A stretch of DNA of 64,000 nucleotides from NCBI GenBank assembly GCA_964188305.1, contig OZ076901.1; one strand, given 5' to 3'. A model generated the notes under the pieces. That model ran no database searches and was not told the origin of the DNA. It saw nothing but the letters and a program-made list of their open reading frames with translations. The position numbers and the translations under genes were made by a program. Positions 1-9,429 of this stretch are shown piece by piece (the stretch's first letter is position 1; every line of letters starts with the position of its first letter). This stretch comes from Podarcis bocagei (taxonomy: Eukaryota).

Positions 1-92
1 ATTCCCATCATCCCTGACCACTGGTCCTGTTAGCTAGGGATGATGGGAGTTGTAGTCCCAAACAGCTGGAGGGCTGAGTTTGGGGGTGCCTG
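1..92. mobile_element. Palindromic hAT-type MITE (URR1-like), truncated by the window edge
   Basis: TCCCATCATCCC...GGGATGATGGGAGTTGTAGTCC core. Related decayed copies at about 3468-3570, 5309-5410, 7276-7395 and 48595-48705. Confidence 0.65.
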
Positions 93-548
93 TTCTAGTT
101 CTTGCTGTCCACAAGGGTGGGCATGGCTACTTGATACACATTTGACAAGCTTCCTTTGATTAGATTTCCCATGCCTTTTCCTCACTGTGCACGAGGCAGG
201 TGAATGAAGAAGGAAGTGGTTGCAATCTTGTTATGTGCCCACTCACAATGCCATTATGCAGATGTGGATATATCCCCCAGTTGCCGGGACTTCCTCCATT
301 TCTTTCCAAATGGACACATGGCAGGGTAATACAGAATCAAATAGCAATGAGTCCTTCTCTTCAGAAAGGGACCTATTTCTCAAGAAGCACTTTTCTGGGC
401 AAAAAAACAAACAAAAAAACATACAATAGGTCTAGATCGTGCAATAGGTCTACATTAAAAAAAAACAACCCCCCCCCCAAGTATGCAGTTTCCATTGATT
501 CTAGAATAGAACGTCATGTGCACATAGGCAGAAACTATTGACTGCCTT

Positions 549-1028
549 ATGTTTAAAAATATATTTTTCATTTTTAAAAAACAACATTCTTATACATTTA
601 AGACATTTTCAATTTCTATACATCTGGGACTGCTTAGATCCCTGAACTCCACACCCCCACGCCTGGTTTCCAATTTTCCTTTTCCTTCTATTACATATAA
701 TTACATTTATCTAATCCGTTTTATCTCCTTTTTTACCTTAAATCATATTACATTATAAGTACGATAACAATCCTGATAACGTTTTTAAGTATCTACAGTG
801 GTCTTTAAGATATTCTATCATTCTTTTCCTCACTCATGACTATTTTTTTTAAATCATCTTGTTGTCTGATCTTCACGGTCATCTTTGCCATTTCGGCATA
901 ATCCATCATCTTGGTTATCCATTCTTCTTTGGTTAGGACTTTCTCTTCCTTCCACTTCTGGACGAGCAGCATTCTTGCGGCTGTTGTCGCATATAGTCTT
1001 TTAAAGTCTTTTTGCATTTCGTCTCCTG
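549..1028 (-). mobile_element. 5'-truncated L1-type LINE (ORF2 C-terminus + 3'UTR)
   Basis: Peptide YATTAARMLLVQKWKEEKVLTKEEWITKMMDYAEMAKMT resembles squamate L1 ORF2 ends. Probable TSD ttgactgcctt (538-548) / ttgaatgcctt (1029-1039). Confidence 0.75.
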
Positions 1029-1058
1029 TTGAATGCCTTTCCCCCATCAGCTCACAAG

Positions 1059-1336
1059 CAGTGGTGTAGCTAGCTGCTCAGGCACCCGGGGCGGCGCAAA
1101 TGCCCTAAACCCGGGGCAGGGCAAGCCAGGACAGAGCATGCTGTGCAGAACCTCCACAGAGTCCACAAGCCCCACGTTGCCATCTTGGGCAACGCGGAGC
1201 CTGCAGGGGCCAGTGCCACCATGTCACTCCCCAGGAGAGAGGTGTGGCTCAGGCGTGCTGCAGGCCAGGCCCCATGGTCACCCTCCTCAGTGATGACACC
1301 CGCGGTAACCCGCAACCCCCCCTTCCTATGCCACCT
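1059..1336. mobile_element. Non-autonomous hAT DNA transposon
   Basis: Perfect 8-bp TSD CTCACAAG (1051-1058, 1337-1344); imperfect terminal inverted repeats (TIRs) CAGTGGTGTAG / CTATGCCACCT; GC-rich interior. Confidence 0.75.
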
Positions 1337-1346
1337 CTCACAAGTA

Positions 1347-1589
1347 CAGTGGTACCTCGGGTTAAGATCTTAATTTGTTCTGGAGGTCCGTTCTTAACCT
1401 GAAACTGTTCGTAACCTGAGGTACCACTTTAGCTAATGGCGCCTCCTGCTGCCGCTGCCACCGCCGCCACACAATTTCTGCTCTCATCCTGAAGCAAAGT
1501 TCTTAACCCAAGGTACTATTTCTGGGTTACCAGAGTCTTTAACCTGAAGTGTATGTAACCTGAAGCGTCTGTAACCCAAGGTACCACTG
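1347..1589. mobile_element. Tc1/mariner (Tigger-like) MITE, ~240-bp family
   Basis: TIRs CAGTGGTACCTCGGGTTA / TAACCCAAGGTACCACTG, TA at the left end; same family at 40587 and 44405. Confidence 0.88.
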
Positions 1590-1629
1590 TCTCTTATATA
1601 CTTTGTGCATGTGTTTCTTCCTTTTACAG

Positions 1630-1772
1630 AGGTTAGCCCCGGGGAGGGTACAGAAGCCCCAGAGGATTCGGCAGTGGCCCAGGAAGAAGCCCCAGCTCCA
1701 GCGCCTGTCCCAGATCCCACCGCTGATGACCCTCCAGTTAATGTGACAATCACAGTGACCGCCACCCCGTGA
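1630..1772 (+). CDS. VSIG10L2: Terminal coding exon of a convergent neighbouring gene, probably VSIG10L2
   Basis: Strong acceptor tgtttcttccttttacag|AG, then open frame xVSPGEGTEAPEDSAVAQEEAPAPAPVPDPTADDPPVNVTITVTATP* with coding-like GC content. The identity rests on recalled synteny (DDX25-VSIG10L2-CDON tail-to-tail), not on a verified match. Confidence 0.5.
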
Positions 1773-2407
1773 CCACCAGGAAATCTGACTCCCCGGTAGT
1801 CAAAATAGCTTGGGGAGAGCTATTCAGGTCAACAAGGGGAAGACACTGATATGGGGAAGGATTGCAATGCTTGAGGGAAAGTGGAGGGAGATATCAGACC
1901 CCTCCTTGAATCAGGCAAGATTTTTCTCGTCGCAGACCCTGAAGCTTCTTCCTCTTTGAAGGCAGAAGGCCACATCTAAGCGCTAGCCACAGAATCAAAA
2001 AGCTCCTTGCAGCAAATAAGGGGTAGCCTGTGAAAAATCTGGAGGATGCCTTCCTTAGAGAAAGAGATGTGCTTCTTTCCTTCCTCTTTGTAGAAGCTGG
2101 CTGGGCAGTTCCTGGTCTAGGAATGACGACGGAGAAGCCTCAGAGGTGCCACTTTAGTATGCATGTGGTTACTGAAGATTCAGAGACCTCACCTGGGAGA
2201 CCTGGGACAAAATCCTGTTATCCAACAGATGCTGGTTTCTTTGTACATTAGTGGGCGTGCAGAAAACCACTGCTAATGATTGGTTGCCGCTGTTAAACAG
2301 TCTGATGCACTGACAGTGTGGAATCTTTTTTTTTCCTTAGTGGGAGAAGGAGGAATCTGAAAGTGCCTGGGATATTAAGTAGGTGTGTTGTCCCTGGGCT
2401 CCTTTAG

Positions 2408-2701
2408 GTTTTTTTTATAATATTTTATTAGGTTTTAACAATAGAAAAGTTTAGAAAAATACAAAAAACGAAAAAGATACAAAGTTATAAAATACAAAAA
2501 TACAGACATTAAACACCAAAAAAAAGAAAAAGAAAGAACACATGTGAAAGAAAACAAAAATTTCCTCTTTCTTGATTTCTCCTCTTTAGTTAGCTTATTT
2601 TCCTGACTTCCTCACGTCTCCCATTTTTGTATCCCTTTTAAAAATTGGTTCAGCAAATTCATGTCCTATTAGTCTATCTATTATTAATCCAATCTTACAT
2701 T
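2408..2701 (-). mobile_element. Retroposed 3' end (L1-like) with poly(A) tail and 20-bp TSD
   Basis: TTGTCCCTGGGCTCCTTTAG duplicated exactly at 2388-2407 and 2702-2721; minus-strand AATAAA followed by an A-tail. Confidence 0.8.
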
Positions 2702-2982
2702 TTGTCCCTGGGCTCCTTTAGAAAACGATAGAGTCCTAACCTCCTCTCTTCCTCCAGCATCTCAGAGGTTACTCATTTAGATGAGAGTCTAGTTACTCCA
2801 GCTTCACCTTTAAGGCTAAATCCACCCTTAAGATGTACTAGGGAAAGAGCTGCCACCATCTGCTGAGAAGCAGAAGCTCTTGCTATCAGGATCAGTTGCT
2901 TTGGATTAATAGAAAGTTGCATTGTATCACGTCAGACAGCTGGTTCATCTAGCTCAATATATTTTCACCAGGGGGCAGGGGG

Positions 2983-3220
2983 GAGGAGGAGGAGTTTGGA
3001 TTTGATATCCCGCTTTATCACTACCCTAAGGAGTCTCAAAGCGGCTCACAATCTCCTTTCCCTTCCTCCCCCACAACAAACACTGAGGGGCTGAGAGACT
3101 TCAAAGAAGTGTGAATAGCCCAAGGTCACCCAGCAGCTGCATGTGGAGGAGCGGAGATGCAAACCCGGTTCCCCAGATTACGAGACTACTGCTCTTAACC
3201 ACTACACCACACTGGCTCTC
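2983..3220 (-). mobile_element. Squam3-type tRNA/MIR-derived SINE
   Basis: Head GAGAGCCAGTGTGGTGTAGTGGTTAAGAGC with Pol III A box, CORE-like GGGTGACCTTGGGC, tail GATATCAAATCCAAACTCCTCC; closely similar to 37371-37629. Confidence 0.82.
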
Positions 3221-3241
3221 AGTGGCTCACTGGCTCTCACT

Positions 3242-3451
3242 GGGTAGTGATAAAGCGGAATATCAAATCCAAACTCCTCCTCTTCTTATCACTACCCTAA
3301 GGAGTCTCAAAGCAGCTAACAATCTCCTTTCCCTTCCTCCCCCACAACAAACACTCTGTGAGGTGAGTGGGGCTGCATGTGGAGGAGAGGAGACGCAAAC
3401 CCGGTTCACCAGATTACGAGACTGCCGCTCTTAACCACTACACTATGCTGG
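3242..3451 (-). mobile_element. Second, rearranged Squam3-type SINE (inverted tail, internal deletion)
   Basis: Tail 3242-3285 is in plus orientation; body 3286-3451 is in minus orientation. Confidence 0.8.
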
Positions 3452-6400
3452 AACCTATGCAATGTTCCCTCGATAACAACATTCATCACTCCTGGCTTTT
3501 GGCTATGCTGCCTGAGGCTGATGGGAGCATGCAGTACATAGCATTTGGAAAGCACCACATTTGCTACCCCTCGGTCTGCACTGACTGGCAGCACCACCTC
3601 AGAGTTTCAGGACTGTCCCAATCCCATTTGGCAATGCTGGGGACAGAACCTGGGACCTTCTGTATGTGGCCCATATGCTCTGCCACTAAAAACCGGTTTC
3701 TCTGACAGTTACGTTCAAACCAAAATGTGCAGGTGGCTATTTAACATTACACAAATTACGACCGCAGAAATGGAAAGCAAGACCTTGCTTCTAACTCAAT
3801 ATTTGTCTTAGGTGGGGTTTTTTTTTTAGTTTACTTGGCTGCCAGCCTGCTTTAAACCTCAGACCTATTTCTCTAATTGCTGGCTAGATCGAAACCACCA
3901 AGCTGTTTTCTACAACTCCCATCCAAGTGGAACTTGTTTAAGTCCTCAGCTGACATTAAGCAAACACATTCAGTTTGCAAGATATATAGTAGGCTGAAGA
4001 AAAGGTCGTTTTTGCCTATCTCAAGAAGATACTTGCCTCTTGGAGACAATGCCAATTGTGATGGGATCTGTGAGCCATTGACTGAAAATTTTGGTTGTTC
4101 TGATGAATGGATATCTCCATGAGTGCAAGGGCTCATCCACATTTCTGTTTGCCCCACCACTCCCCCCCAACCCCCCCCCCCATGGTTTAGCACTGAATGG
4201 GAACGAAGGGCAATTGGGTTTCCCCACAGATTGTCCTTGGTTCCCAATCACCGCTAAAGTGCTGGTTTTCCAGGGGACAGTTGCTGGGCAAAGGCAAAAC
4301 TGCTCAAAGCCATACTTCCCTGGCACGGGACAAGGGGAAGTGTGAAGGAGCCCAAAGAAAGGGCCCAAACTAACCTATCATCCAGATCCTAAACACATTT
4401 ACTTGGTCAAAACCACACCCACCTGCCTGATGCCAGACACCACAAGATGTGGGGCAAGTAGAAATGTGGCTGCAAATGTACCATCAGAAGCCCTAAAGTG
4501 TACTCAGGATTTTGTATTGGCAAAGAAGAGCAGTTGAGGGGCAGTAGAGCCAAGGCTTCTGGATTAGCCTGTACAAGGGACCTGCCCAAAGGGAACTCCC
4601 TTGCACACCCTATGCCTGCAGAAAGCAGGCATCAAGTCAAGTGCTACATTTAAATAACTCCATTTAAAAGATATAGAAGCACAGTCCCAGGTCGGATCTT
4701 GCCATTTTGGTAGAGATAGATGCTATCCTTTCTCCCCAATGGTCATCCTACAGGTTAAATTCACTCTTATGGGTGCCCTTTGGAGATAGAGGAGCAATAA
4801 AAGTCTCGTGGTGATTCCTGTTTCGGTAGAAGCTGCCCTCACAGCTCTACCCATGTCTGCCCCTTACGACTAGCTGACAGTCACCTTTGTGTTTGATCCA
4901 CAACAACTCAGGAAATATTTCTTTGCCATAGCTATACCCTCCCTGCCGCCCCTCCTGTTAAGTCTTGCTTGATGGAAATGGTTGGACGAATCTATTGAAA
5001 TGGGTCTGACGTCTCTGCTCAGCCTAGGCTCTCGGACCACCTCTTCCTTACTGTCTTTTGAAGGAGGCTGGGTAGTCTATCTGGAGCCCCAGGTCCAAGA
5101 AGAAGTGTGGTAACCAATGGACTAATTTCCCAGTTTGGAAACCTCAGTGCGATTGTATCATGCACCCATTTCAGGGCTTTGCAAAATTATTTTGCTCCTT
5201 GGGAATGGCTGCGTCCATCTCTTGCGCAAATACAAGACAACTTCTAAGTCAATGGCTATAGGTTAGCTGTTGGAGGTGAAGAAGATTCTTTTTTTTTAAT
5301 CTAATGGGGAACCTGTGACTCTCCAGATGTTTTGGATTCCAACTCCCATCATCATTGACCATTTGGGCTGGGGCTGATGGGAGCTGGAGTCCAACCACAC
5401 CTGAGGGCCACTAATAGTCAATCTCTGGTCTAATGTGCTGATAAAGGGCCTGAACACCAAGGAACAAAAATGGATGGGCCACTGGAAGAACACTGAACTT
5501 TAGAGCTTATTCTGTATAATTGGACTGGAGGTGGAGCAGTTGCATGTTAGAATGCTCCTGCACATCAACAGCACCTTGAATGCTGAAAGTGAGAGAATCT
5601 CCCACCAAGGTAAGAATTCTTGTCTTTTGCTAGGCTGCATTAGTTCTTCTCTACCCAGAAATTTGTGGGTGGGAGAGAGTATTCCCCCAGGCAGTTCAAC
5701 CCCCACATCCCACTGCCTGACATGGTATGGTCCAGGGAGAAGAATAATTTTAAGAAGTCTCTTGAGCATGTGATGTAAATCACCCCAAAATTCATATACC
5801 CAAGAACCATGTGCAGAAATCTTCACCCAGTCAGAGCACCACAACTCTTGCCAGTGGCATCATGAAGACTTTGGAACAGGCACCCAGGGTCCCACTCAGC
5901 AACATGAGCAGGCAAGTTGGCATAAACAGAGGACTGGTTTCCCATAGCTTGAAGTGAAGTGTATTATACACATTGGTGTCTAAAAAGTGTTGTCACTGTA
6001 AGGCGATAGTCCAAAATTACTTTACTGCACCACACGCTATTACTAATGATACCACACCCCTACCCGCACCCCCTTTGTCACATTTAGGCTTTATCCTTGG
6101 GGGATAGAGTTTGCCTGGAAAAGTGGAGCTAATAATTGTTCTACAGACAGAGCCTGTAGCCATGGCTCTAGGTTGCTTGCAAGTCCTTCTTGCAATGCCC
6201 TTAAATGCTGCCTAGGTAAGTTCTGTGATTCCTGCTTTAAATGGAGATGCCAGGGGCTATGTCCATGTCTCATGCCTGCATATGCATGCGCGCGCACACA
6301 CACAACTATGCTGCCAAGCTGTGGCTCAACACACTGGCTATTTGTTGCGATGAGTTTCATCAGTCAAACAGCATCACTCCCTTGGCTGATTTCAGCTCAT

Positions 6401-8094
6401 GAGCTGGCCAATTTTGCTCTTTCTCTGTTTCCAACATGTTGTGACCTTTGAATCTTCTGTTCAAGATGGAAAGGCAGCTTATACATTCATTTACTGACAT
6501 GTACCTGCCCTCCCATTTATTTATTTTTGCTGAAATCAACACAGCCATTCCTTGGTGATTTATGGTGGTCCAAATCTTAGCAGGTGGAGGAGAGGTTGAG
6601 CTGATGATCAGGGACAGAGGAATGGATTGAAGAGCCAGTTGTTTGCTCAGCTCATTGTTGAAATGAATGAGAAAGGGGGTGGTTAGGGGCACACATGCTA
6701 ACAGAAGTTCTGGCTGCATCAGATTAATCCCTCCTAGTTTTAAATCCAGTGCCTCAAAGAACATAGGATGTCAACAGCTACTTTAACCATAGGAGACATT
6801 CCTTTCATTGTCTCCCAAGAGGACAGTGAGAAAAACTGTGGGAACTGCCAGCCCCACAAGCACCCACCCGGTCTCATCTGCCATGGAATCCCTGCATCCT
6901 CTCATCTCTCATTAGCGACTTGCCTGGGCCAATAAAACAGCAGCCCTAAGCAACTGGAACAATGAGACTCTTCAGCAAACAAGGCCCAGGCAAAGACCCA
7001 GACATATCGCCCCCCCCCAGCTTGTCTATGGGATCGGTGGGAGACGGCATTCACTACCCAAGCAATCTGCCTGCTTGCTATCACATTTCTGTACACAGTG
7101 CATTTTGTTGTAGCAACCTCACCACCACCACCACCACACAGACATTCTCTTCTAATATCTACACCAAAGAAAAGTTTGTGCCTCGGTCACTGGAAGCCCA
7201 ACTCCTGCGTAACCGGTTTCTCTGCAATTAAAAAGGCATACCACCACATTCTGCCTTTCTGTAAGGTTCCCTAGCCCAGAAATTGGGAACAAGCGGCCAT
7301 TCAGGTCTTGTCGGACTCTCTGTTCCCATCAACCCCAGCTAGCATGGCCAATGGTCAAGGATGTTGGTGGTGGGTCACAAGTTCCTGACCTCTGCCTGAG
7401 TCCAACAGCGCCATGTGGCTTCAGCCATTGTCACTGGGCTCCAGACTTTTTGAAGATTCCTCTCCTTTTAAGGGTTGCATTAACACCAAGTACTGCTTTT
7501 GCTCATCATTGGCACGCAGCTAGGAAATAATTCACAACTATGTAATTCAAATCACAGGAACCCACTCTTAGGATCTGGATCAGGGAACACTTTAAAAGCA
7601 GGTTCCTTCAAGGAATCTTGTTTTGGGGTATATGTTGAGGCTGCAACATCCACGGTCTCCGTAGGCCATGACAAGAAAGGATTCCATTTCCTACCTTCTT
7701 AAGAGCGATCATAGGATTTGTGGAACATATTTAGATAGGCAGAACAGCAGCTCAAAAAGTTGAAACAAGGAGATAGGGGTGTGGCAAAAATCATTGACCA
7801 ATTATATGAGGATGGGTGGGCAAAGGAGTGATGTAGAAGCTGTGGAGGCGTCGCTGCAGGTCCAGTTTTAAGGCAGTGGCTACTCAGAGATAGCTGGAGA
7901 GGGGTCTCGTAGGGAATTGTGAGGATTTCTAGTGTAAGATTTTATAGACAAGGCAGTCTGACCAACTGCAGGAAGCAGTCTTGGTGCAGAGCAGTTTCAC
8001 AGGCTGGTTTGACTACACTACACTTTCCCTTAGAGCAATCTAGGAGCTTCTCAACTTATGTCCTTCTCTTGAGGTGGTGAGGAGGGAAGAATGC

Positions 8095-8210
8095 TGTAGC
8101 ATTCCGGTCCTGCTTCCACGCTTCCCCCAGGCATCTGGGTGGTCGCTACAAGAACAGGATGATGAGCAAGATGGGCCCCTGGCCTGATTCAGCAGCTGGC
8201 TTCTTATGTA
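8095..8210 (+). mobile_element. CR1-type LINE 3' end fragment
   Basis: GGCATCTGG...AACAGGATG...AGATGGGCCCCTGGCCTGATTCAGCAG...TTCTTATG. Similar pieces on the minus strand at about 60435-60610 and 63555-63622. Confidence 0.6.
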
Positions 8211-8613
8211 TTCATCTTTATAAAAACACTTCTAAACTTCATTGGGGGCCCTTTTCAGAGTTGACAGTTGTGGAAGATAACTGAAATGCCGCAAACATTA
8301 AAGGCCATTTAGACAGGTAACACAGATCCACAACAGGCAATATTAAAAATACACAAGGCTTGGCAGCATACACGTTATGTGAAAAAGGTGCAGTTTGCTT
8401 TTTGTCCCTGAAATGGCATCCAATTCCACAATTATTACAAGCCTGTTCTAATTGTCTGCTGGAAAAACTGGTCCCCAGAGGAAGGCAACCATAGTAAGCG
8501 CTTGATATTTTATATGAAACCTCCACAGCAGTTTTAAGCACCAATGCAGTATAGCAACAGCTGGTTATGGGATGGCAGTGGCAAACACATGGAAGCACTG
8601 TAATCCTCAAGCG

Positions 8614-8745
8614 CAGCCTTCCCTCACCTGCTCTCCAGGTGTCAGGACTATAGCTCCCATCAGCTCTAGGCAGCAAAGCCATGGCTAGGGAATATTGGGA
8701 GTTATAGTTCAACACTTTGGAACAGCACCAGGTGAGAGAAGGCTG
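8614..8745. mobile_element. Palindromic hAT-type MITE (URR1-like)
   Basis: TIRs CAGCCTTCCCTCACCTG / CAGGTGAGAGAAGGCTG with an ACTATAGCTCCCA...TGGGAGTTATAGT core. Confidence 0.7.
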
Positions 8746-9132
8746 ACCTAATGTCACCATTTAAATAAGGTGTGTGCCAAATAGTGGATTTGAAATTAGT
8801 TATTATTAGTTATTATTACTATTCCAAATGTATTATCAAACACCAATTTAAACACCATAAAATAATGTATGTATAAACTTATGTATAAACTAAAAAACAT
8901 CAAACCTATAGAGGGCAGCAAAAAAATAACCCAATTGATCTATTGGGTTCAGTAAAAAAAAAAGCTTGGGAAAATAAAAAAGGACTTCACCTGTTGTAGG
9001 AAAACTATCAGAGTGGGTGCCAGAGGAACTTTTCTGGGGAGAGCATTCCAAAACCAGGGCACAATTATTGAAAAGGTCCTGAAAATATCCCCATATGTCC
9101 GGGGTAAACACATAGTATACTAACCAATCATT

Positions 9133-9274
9133 NNNNNNNNNNNNNNNNNNNNNNNNNNNNNNNNNNNNNNNNNNNNNNNNNNNNNNNNNNNNNNNNNNNN
9201 NNNNNNNNNNNNNNNNNNNNNNNNNNNNNNNNNNNNNNNNNNNNNNNNNNNNNNNNNNNNNNNNNNNNNNNNNN
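9133..9274. other. Assembly gap (142 N)
   Basis: Run of N. Confidence 1.
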
Positions 9275-9429
9275 TAATACCAAAATAACAATAACAAAGC
9301 ACCGTTAAGCAGTTAACTTACTTGGTATAGCACTTGGAAACCATAATTCTGGAGAATTCAGATTTAAACATTGGAGACTGAAACACCAGACAGCAATTGT
9401 AACTATTACACCAAAGCAGCAGCATTCTC

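Noticed and set aside
164-200. Possible micro-exon of the neighbour gene ending GCAG|GTGAAT
   Set aside because: Weak acceptor and no homology support; too short to call without transcripts.
2845-2980. Two CTCF-like words (TCAGCAGATGGTGGC on minus, CACCAGGGGGCAG on plus)
   Set aside because: Partial matches only, one abutting a SINE tail; cannot be scored without a position weight matrix or ChIP data.
3800-7700. Intergenic ORFs (e.g. 3877-4122, and 5531-5773 with a GTAAG donor-like site) as an unknown gene
   Set aside because: No recognisable protein similarity and no consistent exon chain.
8239-8760. 173-aa minus-strand ORF
   Set aside because: Starts inside a hAT MITE, has no recognisable domain or splice context, and has non-coding composition.
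8890-9302. ORFs spanning the N run
   Set aside because: Artefacts of the assembly gap.
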